From: a virus
Lineage: Duplodnaviria; Caudoviricetes
DNA: 64,000 nucleotides
IMG/VR virus record: IMGVR_UViG_3300010429_001449
Strand: one strand, 5' to 3'
Shown here: in pieces, positions 19,485 through 28,378 of the stretch
Position numbering within the stretch: position 1 is the first letter of the stretch
Layout: each line of letters starts with the position of its first letter
The notes under the pieces: model-generated
Seen by the model: the letters and a program-made list of their open reading frames with translations, nothing else
Databases searched by the model: none
Told to the model about the DNA's origin: nothing
Program-made: the position numbers and the translations under genes

Positions 19485-20195
19485 TTATGACGGCTGTCCT
19501 GTGTTGTTGGTGTTGCCTTGTCCGTCCTGGATGCGGTACAGGGCGTCCAGCCATGCGTAGAACATCTTCTGGGCGAAGTAGCCCGTCTCTACCGCCATCA
19601 TCTTGGCTGTTCCGGCAAGCTCCCAGTAACAGTCGAGAGGAAGCTCTGTGCCGGGCGCTCTGTAAAACAGCGCGTAGTAGTAAACCACCAGCGGCTCAAC
19701 CGTTATGGCCGACGTATTGATGACTGCCGAGTCGCCGGACACCATTGGCGCTCCGGCATTCGTGATCGTGAACGAGACGGGGCCGACGAAAGGAACGCCG
19801 ACCGTGCCGACGCCAGACCGTCCTTGCGCCGCGCCGGTGACGTAGAAGGCCGTTGGACTGGTAAAGATGACGCTCCAAGCGTCGGGGGCGTAGGCGGCGT
19901 CAACCGTTACCGTCGAAAAGACAGCGTCTCCGCTCCAAGTGCCAAGTACCGGCGTAGGCTGCTCAATGTCGTTGGTGCGCGTCAAGTCAGCCAGATAGCC
20001 GGGGTCGAAGGCCACGTCCGACTCGAAGATGGTAAGCCCGTCTTTTGCCGTCTCGGGGAAGGACGTTTCTCTCCGAACAATCCTTATGCGGTCAACAGCC
20101 GGAGTAAACGAGTAGTTCCACGTCAGGACAATCTGTGGCCCTTCGTAAGCCCTTCGGGCTATAAGCGGCTGTGTGATTAAGATGATCTCAGACAT
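19485..20195 (-). CDS. Baseplate protein, FN3-like (probable N-terminal part of a split wedge protein)
   Basis: IVLTW...IRIVRRE..FPE...DG...YYYALFY...LYR..D. Contains a domain duplicated with baseplate J. Confidence 0.6.
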   Translation of the reverse strand: MSEIILITQPLIARRAYEGPQIVLTWNYSFTPAVDRIRIVRRETSFPETAKDGLTIFESDVAFDPGYLADLTRTNDIEQPTPVLGTWSGDAVFSTVTVDAAYAPDAWSVIFTSPTAFYVTGAAQGRSGVGTVGVPFVGPVSFTITNAGAPMVSGDSAVINTSAITVEPLVVYYYALFYRAPGTELPLDCYWELAGTAKMMAVETGYFAQKMFYAWLDALYRIQDGQGNTNNTGQPS

Positions 20196-20197
20196 GG

Positions 20198-21910
20198 CTA
20201 GTCAACGCACCTTCTGGTTGTCACAACCTGTTCGGGGCCTTGCTCGAACGTCAGGGAGAGCGAGCCGAGCGCGAGCAGACAGCTTTCCAGCGGCGTAACG
20301 GCTCCGAGCCTATCCGTAGTACGGAAGCGGGCCTTGTCGCCCGCCAACATAGGATCAGGCCCCGGATTAGTGATCGTGAAGATTATGGTACTGTTGAACT
20401 CGATGCCGACTTGTCCTGTTCCTATCAACCCGGCGTTGGAGCCTCGAACGGCGAAGTTCGTAGCGTCTGTAAACGTTACCTCCCACGCATCGGGGGCGGC
20501 GGTAGGACTTACGTCTATGTCCGAAAGGACCGCATCACCGCGCCACGGACTCAAAACGGGTTGCGGGAGAAGGGTAAAGACCGACAGGTCGGCGGACTCC
20601 ACTCCTTGAACGCCCGTTATCGTGTCGTACACGCTGCTCTGGTGCAACGGAAGGCCAAAGCCTATCAGAGGGCTGTCTTCCTCGAAAATTGCCTGTACAG
20701 CGGCTATAACGGCTGTCTGAACGGTATCCAGATCGAAGCCGTCAAGAACACGCACTTTCCCTTCAATCCGAACTTGCTCCGTGCAGAATCCCGCCACAGT
20801 CACGACCGTACAAGAACTCTTGCGCCCTTCGAGGAACTCGTAGATTTGTTGCTGCAGCAACGATGTTGGTTGCCCGCCGCCCGCAGGGTAGACGTAGAGG
20901 CGGATTGTGCAGCAGCCGCTCTCGATGTTATGCGCGTCATGCACAATGGCGCGGGCCTTCTTGATCTGGGAGAACTCAGCCAGAACCAGATTCTCATAAT
21001 CCTCCGGCGTGACGGCTCGGTAGAGGGCGCGGAGCGATGCCGGGCCGAGAATCTTAGCCTCTTCAATCGTCTCGCCGTCTCTGCCGCCCGACGCTGCGCT
21101 GGGATTGTTTACCGTAACGCCCGCCGGAACAGCCGTTACGAACGTCGTCAGCGTCGCCGCTCCGACGTTTCCGGCAGCGCCGACTCCAATGCGGTAAACG
21201 ACTCTGACAATCGCGCCAGCCGCAGGAATCTTGCCTTTGGCTCCGTCACCCAAACGAATATCGAGCGTGCCGTCCAGACCTTCGACGACGACGTAATCGC
21301 GGCTCGACTCCGTAGAGTCAAGGAACGAATCTACCTCCGTCCATAGAACCTCGCCCGATCCTTCGTCTATGTAAACATCGATGCTGTCCAAGTAGACGCC
21401 GCTTCGCGTCAGCGAGAACGTCAGGAACGTCCTGCTTTCCAGGATGTTGTAGAGGTCTTCGACCGTCTGACCTTCTTCTGCGCCTACCGTCTCCGAGTCA
21501 CCCGCTGCGATTGTGACCTCGGCGGTCGTCTCGAAGTACGTGATCGTGTCTCCAGACGTTTGAACGCGGGTACCAGACGGAACTACGACAGAAGAGGTGG
21601 AGCCGTTGGCTATTACGAGATCAACCGAGGCGGGCGTAGGCCCGTCCATCTCGTAGTCAATCAGCTTTACCATATTGGCTACGGACGTGCGAGAAAGCGC
21701 CGTCGGAAGGAAGCACTCGTTAGCGGCGCGGTCGATGTAGAAATGCAATCCGTCAGCGACGTAGGCGAACAGTTCAAGCAACACTATTCCATTGTTAGAG
21801 GCGTTGTGATCTGTCCACTCGGGGTTAAAGTACGGGATCGCCGCGAGCAAAGAGGCGCGGATGCCGTCAAAATCTCTGGAGGTGTAATCTATCTGTATCT
21901 GCTTTGACAT
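20198..21910 (-). CDS. Baseplate J-like wedge protein
   Basis: IDYTSRDF..IR..L...PEWTD...GIVLLELFAY, GDG..GKIP, YR.G.G..GNV, ASGG.D.E, RAVT.EDYE motifs. Confidence 0.92.
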   Translation of the reverse strand: MSKQIQIDYTSRDFDGIRASLLAAIPYFNPEWTDHNASNNGIVLLELFAYVADGLHFYIDRAANECFLPTALSRTSVANMVKLIDYEMDGPTPASVDLVIANGSTSSVVVPSGTRVQTSGDTITYFETTAEVTIAAGDSETVGAEEGQTVEDLYNILESRTFLTFSLTRSGVYLDSIDVYIDEGSGEVLWTEVDSFLDSTESSRDYVVVEGLDGTLDIRLGDGAKGKIPAAGAIVRVVYRIGVGAAGNVGAATLTTFVTAVPAGVTVNNPSAASGGRDGETIEEAKILGPASLRALYRAVTPEDYENLVLAEFSQIKKARAIVHDAHNIESGCCTIRLYVYPAGGGQPTSLLQQQIYEFLEGRKSSCTVVTVAGFCTEQVRIEGKVRVLDGFDLDTVQTAVIAAVQAIFEEDSPLIGFGLPLHQSSVYDTITGVQGVESADLSVFTLLPQPVLSPWRGDAVLSDIDVSPTAAPDAWEVTFTDATNFAVRGSNAGLIGTGQVGIEFNSTIIFTITNPGPDPMLAGDKARFRTTDRLGAVTPLESCLLALGSLSLTFEQGPEQVVTTRRCVD

Positions 21911-21916
21911 TTGTGT

Positions 21917-22414
21917 TTACTGTCCCTCCACGTACTGTTGCCCGGTCGTCATGGCGGATTCGTAGATGGGCTGATTCTCTCCGAGAGCCTCGCGCTGCGT
22001 AGGATCAATGTAGTAAGGCCACACGAGGTTGCCTGTAACATTGGTCTTGATGATTCGGAACTCCACCATGATTTGAAGGATGCCTTTGTCCCGGTAGGTT
22101 CGATCTACTTGGATCGGGCCGACTTCTATACGCGGTTCCCATCGTTGAATGGACTGCCGCACAAGAAAGTCGATGTAGGCGTCCAAGCGGGGATCATTCG
22201 GCTCGAAGAGCAGTTGCCGCAGATTGGTTCCGAAAGTCCGGCGCATCGGTCTGGACCCCGGCGTGCAGCCGAGAATCTGTTGAACGCTCTGCCGAACCAG
22301 TTCGACTGCCTCGGAGTCGCGCAGGCCGCCTAGGTCGGTGAGGCCGCCGTTGCTTCCGAAGCGGAAGGGGAAGGACGGCCCGCGACCTAGAAATCGTCTG
22401 GTTTCAACCGGCAT
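21917..22414 (-). CDS. Baseplate gp25/GPW-like sheath initiator
   Basis: FLGRG..FPF...QSV.QIL...PG.R.MR..FG..L..LLFEPND...I.RWEPRI...NLVWPYY. Confidence 0.92.
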   Translation of the reverse strand: MPVETRRFLGRGPSFPFRFGSNGGLTDLGGLRDSEAVELVRQSVQQILGCTPGSRPMRRTFGTNLRQLLFEPNDPRLDAYIDFLVRQSIQRWEPRIEVGPIQVDRTYRDKGILQIMVEFRIIKTNVTGNLVWPYYIDPTQREALGENQPIYESAMTTGQQYVEGQ

Positions 22415-22865
22415 GTGTCTTATCTCCGGCGGCGGTCTCGCGCAGCATGTTGGCGAGCGACGACGCTACGCTGCGCGACATCAACACCGCGCTAATCTCT
22501 ACTGTAAGGTCGTGCTTCTCTTGAAGCAAGTCAGAAGGCTTCAATTCGGCCAAACGTTTTCGCAAAAGAATCTGTCTTTCAGCCAAAAAGCTCTCTAGGA
22601 GCGGCAGTTCCGGGATGTTGTTACCGTTCTGGCGCGTCTTGTTCAGGTAGTCCATGACGGCGCTGATGGTCTCTACCTGAGCGCTCAAGACCTCCCTGCG
22701 CCGGTTTGTATCATCAATCCGTTGCTTGACCCGCTCCAACCGCTTTTGTAACTGGTTGATGTAGTCGGGCGTGGCGACGGTATGGATGTCCGCCACGAGT
22801 TGTTCCATCAACTCGCGGACGCGAGGCGGCGCTCCGTGTAGTAGCTTTTCAAGTGACATCGTCAC
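22404..22865 (-). CDS. Coiled-coil hypothetical protein
   Basis: Heptad-rich helical sequence. Overlaps both neighbours. Confidence 0.65.
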   Translation of the reverse strand: MTMSLEKLLHGAPPRVRELMEQLVADIHTVATPDYINQLQKRLERVKQRIDDTNRRREVLSAQVETISAVMDYLNKTRQNGNNIPELPLLESFLAERQILLRKRLAELKPSDLLQEKHDLTVEISAVLMSRSVASSLANMLRETAAGDKTHAG

Positions 22866-23719
22866 AAACCTATCTGATGCAACACGTCTTTTGCTTGATG
22901 CTGCGACTGCTCCATAATGTCCTGGTCAGCCTCTGCGTTGGCATCGAGGTCTGATCCCGTATTCTTTTGCAGACCAAGAAGATGCAACAAACTGTCCAAA
23001 AGGGTGTTGATGAACGCGAAGATAGAGTTGATCACGTCTGCCACTGGGTTAAGAATAGCCGTCAGTGTTGTGGCAACGGCTTGTAGCGACTGCTTAGCCA
23101 CGTTCATCAGAACATTGTATATGCCTGACGCGAAAGCGATAGCCGCGTTGATCTTGTCGAACGGGTTTTTGCACTCGCTTATCTGAGAAAAACCGAGGTC
23201 GTCCAAGGTCTCTTTGGACTTTTTCAGAGCCTCCCAAGCATCCTCTATCTCGGCCATAGCATTCAAGGAGCTTGCCGCCAACACCTTAGTGGCATTGATT
23301 AGCGGAGCGAACACGGATTCTGCCACGCTGGTTGCTTCGCTGGCATGTTGAAGGTGGAAATCGACTCCGCTCTCCTGCGTGTCGGCTTCGGCTATTCTTT
23401 CGGCGTTAGCCTGCATGTCTTGTAGCTGGCTCGTTCTTTCAGCACGCTTGCCTTTCGTGCATGTCTGTGGCGCACTCAGCGCGTCGGAGCCGAACACAGG
23501 AAACGGCGGGAGGATTTCGGATAGGCCGAAAATGCTCAGGAAGCCATTAATCAAGTCTTCGATAGGCTTGAGTAGTGTGTACAAGACTTCGTTGAGAAGC
23601 CCCACCAGTAACGACCAGATGAAGCTTTCCGCATCGTCCTTATTCAAAGCCTTGTCGATCCAGCTAGTAAGGTCTATCTGCGCAGCTTTTAGCTTCGACA
23701 CGCTACAACCAGTAGCCAT
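22862..23719 (-). CDS. Amphipathic helical protein between spike and gp25
   Basis: Two similar hydrophobic amphipathic segments (LLKPIEDLINGFLSIFGL; ILNPVADVINSIFAFINTLLDSLLHLLGL). Confidence 0.65.
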   Translation of the reverse strand: MATGCSVSKLKAAQIDLTSWIDKALNKDDAESFIWSLLVGLLNEVLYTLLKPIEDLINGFLSIFGLSEILPPFPVFGSDALSAPQTCTKGKRAERTSQLQDMQANAERIAEADTQESGVDFHLQHASEATSVAESVFAPLINATKVLAASSLNAMAEIEDAWEALKKSKETLDDLGFSQISECKNPFDKINAAIAFASGIYNVLMNVAKQSLQAVATTLTAILNPVADVINSIFAFINTLLDSLLHLLGLQKNTGSDLDANAEADQDIMEQSQHQAKDVLHQIGL

Positions 23720-23730
23720 TATTCCATCTC

Positions 23731-24615
23731 CTAAGCAGAAACCTCATCCACAGGATGACCGATTCTGATGTCCTTACCCCTCGCGTAACGCACACTATTC
23801 TTGCCGATAATGTCTCGCTTATCTCCTACGACAGTTCGGCCAAAGTCCTTTTGATGAATCCATTGAGTCTCCCCACGAACCAAACAGTAGAAATTCCCGT
23901 CTACTTCCAGGCGGTAATCTCCTAGAGTACGAAGCGTGGCGTTGCCCTCTACAACAATGTCTTGATCTCCGTAGACGTGCAGTCTGTCATCGCCAGTGCC
24001 GGTCGCGCCAGCTTCGACAGTCACCCACCGTTGATTCTTGTGTCGCTCGACCATCGTCCCGTCTGGATGACGTTCTTGCCATGTCTGTGTCGGGTGCCAG
24101 ACGTGAACGCGCTCTTGTCCTTCGGTGTCGTCGATTTCAATCCTGATACCAGACTTTGTCACAAGGACGCGGTTGGATGGGTACTTAGCTGCGTAAGGAG
24201 GCGGCGGTTCCGAAAGAGTAGGCCCTGCCGCGCTTCGCATCGTATCCGTGCCTTTCGGACCGAGCTTGGCGGATTCGTCCGTTTTCCCGCCTGCGTCTAC
24301 GCCTTTAGCGAGAAGAGGTATGTCTGAAACGCCTTTAGGAAAACCCCACCAACCTCCCCACCAGACAGGGTTGCAACTGCTGCCGTTCTCGAAGAAGACC
24401 CATACAGTAGCGTCTTTATCCGGAATCTTGAACTCGCCGAGACCCTCGCCGGTCAGTGCGCCACAGGCGGGCAGCGACCAATCTGAGATAAGGTCTTTAC
24501 CATAAACAGCAGGGATGATAAGGCGGAGACGACCCGTTTTGTGGGGATCGTTGTTGTCGTAAACAATAGCCTTGTATTGACCGTAGTAAGTGCCTCTGGC
24601 CTTATCCGGACACAT
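23731..24615 (-). CDS. Baseplate central spike (gp5/VgrG OB-fold plus beta-helix)
   Basis: YYGQYKAIV.DNNDP...GRL...IP...VWVFFENG...P.W.G and SG..IEIDDT.G.ER..VWHP. No lysozyme domain seen. Confidence 0.88.
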   Translation of the reverse strand: MCPDKARGTYYGQYKAIVYDNNDPHKTGRLRLIIPAVYGKDLISDWSLPACGALTGEGLGEFKIPDKDATVWVFFENGSSCNPVWWGGWWGFPKGVSDIPLLAKGVDAGGKTDESAKLGPKGTDTMRSAAGPTLSEPPPPYAAKYPSNRVLVTKSGIRIEIDDTEGQERVHVWHPTQTWQERHPDGTMVERHKNQRWVTVEAGATGTGDDRLHVYGDQDIVVEGNATLRTLGDYRLEVDGNFYCLVRGETQWIHQKDFGRTVVGDKRDIIGKNSVRYARGKDIRIGHPVDEVSA

Positions 24616-24853
24616 CTATCACCCTCCCACAGGCAGGGCATGTTCTTTTGATCGAGGTCTCGTTCGTTCCGGCCTTGAACCCAACAACAACGTGCATCAG
24701 CTTCCCGCAATCCGGGCAGCGTTTATTGGTATTGGGATCGTAGGCTTTGGCAAGAAGACGCTTGACATCGTCCTGCGTCTGCTTCGGCGGGCGAACATCG
24801 CCGGACGATCTAACCTGCCGCCGTAACGACTTGTCACCACAACAGTTGGCCAT
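24602..24853 (-). CDS. Small zinc-ribbon protein
   Basis: CPDC...CPAC motifs. Confidence 0.65.
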   Translation of the reverse strand: MANCCGDKSLRRQVRSSGDVRPPKQTQDDVKRLLAKAYDPNTNKRCPDCGKLMHVVVGFKAGTNETSIKRTCPACGRVIDVSG

Positions 24854-26212
24854 TTAAGTCAGTGCTCCCACTAGCCGCAACACAGTTGCGACACCCTCGC
24901 TAATCAATGTACCAAGAGGACGCCTTCCTGCCAAGAGACTATCACCGGCTTTTTCTCGATAAGTCCTAGAAAGCTCGAATTCAGTCACGTACTCGCCGCG
25001 CATATAACGATGCGTCACGGACGTAACGTAGTAGTAGCCACCGTGCCTCCCCGCATTAACCACCAAGACAACTTGACGCGGGGCCAATTTCTCTAAGCCA
25101 AACGTCATTCCAGACGCCTCCATAAACCACTTGGAGGCGTCGGCTCTTCCCTGCAGCCAGGGAACGATATGAGAAAGCTCATTGCCCGACACAGTAGTTT
25201 CAACCTCGTACTGTACCGGAACGTCCGCTCCTTCGCCTATCCTTGTGGCTTCTGCAGAAGACTGGATTATTCCTTTGCTCGCGCTCTTGAGTAGCGTTGT
25301 AATATTGTCGTCCTTGTCCATCAGGGCAACGGCATTGACAGGTTCTCTTGGGTTGGCGTAGTCAATCTGGTCGGTCTTGAACTGAACTCCGCGCATGAAC
25401 ACGTCTGACGACACCGAGAAATCAGCTACGTTGGACTGGTTGCCGCTCAGCAAAACGAAAGTAAACTGAGAAGGAATCATTCTCGGTTTGTGAAAGTGCA
25501 GAACAGCCTTTTTTCCTATTCCACCGCCCTCCACGAAGAGAGCATAGCCAAAACGTTCGGCCAAATAGTCCAAGAAGGCCCAGTCAGTACGATTGACTTG
25601 CGGCTGCATAGGCAGAGGCATACCCGTATTCTCTATCTCCGTGTCCAAGTCATACATAGCCGCGATGTCTCTGACGATGGTTTCGGCTTTTATCCCATCT
25701 TTAGGCGTCCCCCACATCCGTCTCTTTTCCGTGGCGGCCAGCTTAAACTGTTCTCCAAAACAGACCAGAGACATCATTACCTGCCCCTGATTATTGACAG
25801 AGAACTTAGGCTTGTGCGTGTAGAACGCGCCGCCAACCTGCTCAAGCCCGGTTGCGGGATAACCCATTCTGATTTCGACCTTGCGCCATTCTTCTAACGC
25901 GGGGTCGTTAACCCACTCAGCATCGGGTTGAACAATATCAATGAAGGCTATCGGAGCGGAGTGATCGTGGACAAGACGCACCTCTACTTTGTTGACGACC
26001 ACGTTGTCATTGAAAGAGATTTTGCCATACCCTTCGATCTCCAGGGCTACTAGAGGGCTAGTTCGGTCTGCGCGAGAAACTTTTCCGGTTTCGGCGTCTG
26101 AAATATGCGTCAAAGGATCACGGTAAGAATCAACCGGACCCGAATCGCGTGACACGGGTTCAGCCGCTCTTACCACATCAGAAACCGTACTTACTATATC
26201 CAAGAGACCCAT
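24854..26212 (-). CDS. Baseplate hub (gpD / late control D-like)
   Basis: VEIRMGY, IV..IA..Y.L, Q.NRTDWAFL..LAER.GY, G.YYVT.V.H....Y.T.F motifs. Confidence 0.85.
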   Translation of the reverse strand: MGLLDIVSTVSDVVRAAEPVSRDSGPVDSYRDPLTHISDAETGKVSRADRTSPLVALEIEGYGKISFNDNVVVNKVEVRLVHDHSAPIAFIDIVQPDAEWVNDPALEEWRKVEIRMGYPATGLEQVGGAFYTHKPKFSVNNQGQVMMSLVCFGEQFKLAATEKRRMWGTPKDGIKAETIVRDIAAMYDLDTEIENTGMPLPMQPQVNRTDWAFLDYLAERFGYALFVEGGGIGKKAVLHFHKPRMIPSQFTFVLLSGNQSNVADFSVSSDVFMRGVQFKTDQIDYANPREPVNAVALMDKDDNITTLLKSASKGIIQSSAEATRIGEGADVPVQYEVETTVSGNELSHIVPWLQGRADASKWFMEASGMTFGLEKLAPRQVVLVVNAGRHGGYYYVTSVTHRYMRGEYVTEFELSRTYREKAGDSLLAGRRPLGTLISEGVATVLRLVGALT

Positions 26213-26520
26213 TACCTTCTTGTCCTCCTGACCAACGCCCGCGTCGGAACAATCAATCTCGATCCTATTTTAATATCCCAGGGGAAAAGGATGTTGTTGA
26301 CCTCCGCTATCATCCACCACAATTGCTCCATGCCGCCATAAGCCAAAGCCAAAGCATCTAAGTCTTGCGGCCCCTCAACAACGTGCTCCACCCAGTCGTC
26401 TTCGGTATCATCGACAGTCATAGGCGTCTGCGGCTGCACCCATCGTTTGACAGACCCATCGCTTAGAGTGATGCCGATGAAATTCGCTCCGTCATATCTT
26501 GAATTCCGAAAGACAGGCAT
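26212..26520 (-). CDS. LysM-like baseplate protein (tail X-like)
   Basis: HVV...DLD.LA..Y.G...LWW.IAE.N....P.DI..G..L.VP. Confidence 0.85.
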   Translation of the reverse strand: MPVFRNSRYDGANFIGITLSDGSVKRWVQPQTPMTVDDTEDDWVEHVVEGPQDLDALALAYGGMEQLWWMIAEVNNILFPWDIKIGSRLIVPTRALVRRTRR

Positions 26521-26530
26521 AGCACGCTCC

Positions 26531-27433
26531 TTACTCGGCGGTTTCCGCCATTGTTACACCCGTTTCTCTAGTCGTTCCCGTCTGCAAAGCTACATCTTTT
26601 CCCCAGCTAACGGGCCTAAGCTCAGGGAAGAACACTTGCTCCTTTATAGTAAGCGAGACATAGGCGCGGAGAGGAATCAGATGATCCGGAGACCATTTGA
26701 CGTGCTCTATAGTAAGGTCATCCACGACTCCGACCATATAATCAGCCCATATGAGTAAGAGGACTGGAGGTCGCCACCGATTAGCCAAATCAGCGGGGCC
26801 AGCAGGAGTGAATTTAGGCATCTTTCCAGTGCTTTTCAGCCGGAGCCACTCCAACGATCCGTTTACGTCCTTGAACCCCATCTTTGTCCGCGCCGCCAAG
26901 TCCTCGCCCCAATCGTTGAACAGCAGCTTGAACCCCATAGTACGAGGTTTGTTCCATTTGTAGATCAGACCTTGCTGGAACTTAGGCAAAATAGCCGCTT
27001 CAGGAACAGAGTAGTCCGGTTCGAGCACTTCAGTCAGTTCTTCTGGATTGTAATGACAAGCAAGCACGCCCGGTAGCTGGTATTTGTTTCCGAGGAAGTT
27101 GATGCCGGAGTTGTACATCCAATTGCTGAACTCAAGCGTGAGGCTGTTCACCATCCCAAGATCAACGATGAGCAGCTTGTCGAATGCGCCGACTTGACGA
27201 AAATCGTTTCCTTCGGGCGAGGCCCCGTCATAGAAACTTCGAGTATGCTGCGCTAAGAGTCCAGCACGAGTTGTGAATTTTTCGTACGCACTTAGGGAAG
27301 ACGCTGCCTCAGCATCATCTGAAAACTTTGACCGAGGATCATCCATCTCAGCCAAACCGGCTCCCGCCGCGATATCTCCATAGACATTTATAAGTCCAAA
27401 ACCAGCACGTTCTAGCCAAGTACGCACACCCAT
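26531..27433 (-). CDS. Tube initiator-like protein (Afp7-like), paralog 2
   Basis: C.YNPE...PPVL...W...GV...L.I...KWSP...IP.RA..SL.I.E. Confidence 0.72.
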   Translation of the reverse strand: MGVRTWLERAGFGLINVYGDIAAGAGLAEMDDPRSKFSDDAEAASSLSAYEKFTTRAGLLAQHTRSFYDGASPEGNDFRQVGAFDKLLIVDLGMVNSLTLEFSNWMYNSGINFLGNKYQLPGVLACHYNPEELTEVLEPDYSVPEAAILPKFQQGLIYKWNKPRTMGFKLLFNDWGEDLAARTKMGFKDVNGSLEWLRLKSTGKMPKFTPAGPADLANRWRPPVLLLIWADYMVGVVDDLTIEHVKWSPDHLIPLRAYVSLTIKEQVFFPELRPVSWGKDVALQTGTTRETGVTMAETAE

Positions 27434-28378
27434 TTAAGTGCCTCCTCCGGTCTCAGTTGCTTCTGTTGATTCGGTGGTTAAGGGTCTGCTGTACCGATAT
27501 GCGACAGTGTACTGATCCTTGCCGAAGCTGGCAGACGTTACGCCGGGGAAGAACACCTGTTCGTCGATGCTTAGAGACGCCGTAGCCCGAATAGGAATCA
27601 AACCTTGTGGGGACCACTTCATGTGTTTTATCGTGAGCGTCCGTATTACGCCTACCAAACGTCCGTTGACGCTTTGTCCTCCCCACAAAACCATCAAGAC
27701 GGGAGGCTTCCACCGATTGGCCAAATCAACAGGATTCCATGTTTTGGTTTTAGGCTTTCCTCCCGCAGGGGACGGCTTAATACCTCTAGCCTTGCTGCGC
27801 AACCAAGATATAGACGAGTTGACGTTTCTGAATCCCATACTGGAGTACACCTCGCTGCCCCAATCGTTGAGCAGAATCTCAAACGAAAGATTTGTAGGTC
27901 GGTTCCACTTATAAATAAGTCCCTGAGAGAAGCTGCTCGTTATCGCAGCTTCAGGAACACTGTACTCCGGTTTGATATGCTCAACGACCCTTTCAGGATT
28001 GTACTGGCAGATGAAAATGCGGTTGTTGACTCTCGTTGCGCCGCTTCTAGCATCAGTACTGGACTTGCCCAACGAGTCTATTGATTCCTCGCTGAAATCA
28101 GCAAGGTCTATCAACGTCAGTTTGTTGAGCAGCCGCGTTCCTCGGAAGTTCAACGGATCAGAGGGAGGAGCCGCGTCGAGAAATTCCTTGGTAGCGTCCG
28201 CTATCTTATCAAAACGAGATACAAGCGTAGCCCAGTCGAGACGGTTTGATGCGGGGTCTCTGGTAGGAGTTTCATCAGTAGCGGCACCGCCTCCCCGCGA
28301 TAACAGCGTTCGCATAGCCGCTCCGGGGCTATCAAACATTCTGTCAGATGATCGATCAACTAGCTCACGCTCTGCCAT
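27434..28378 (-). CDS. Tube initiator-like protein (Afp7-like), paralog 1
   Basis: Shares YSVPEAAI, QGLIYKWN, NDWG and DLANRW.PPVL with 26531-27433. Confidence 0.72.
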   Translation of the reverse strand: MAERELVDRSSDRMFDSPGAAMRTLLSRGGGAATDETPTRDPASNRLDWATLVSRFDKIADATKEFLDAAPPSDPLNFRGTRLLNKLTLIDLADFSEESIDSLGKSSTDARSGATRVNNRIFICQYNPERVVEHIKPEYSVPEAAITSSFSQGLIYKWNRPTNLSFEILLNDWGSEVYSSMGFRNVNSSISWLRSKARGIKPSPAGGKPKTKTWNPVDLANRWKPPVLMVLWGGQSVNGRLVGVIRTLTIKHMKWSPQGLIPIRATASLSIDEQVFFPGVTSASFGKDQYTVAYRYSRPLTTESTEATETGGGT

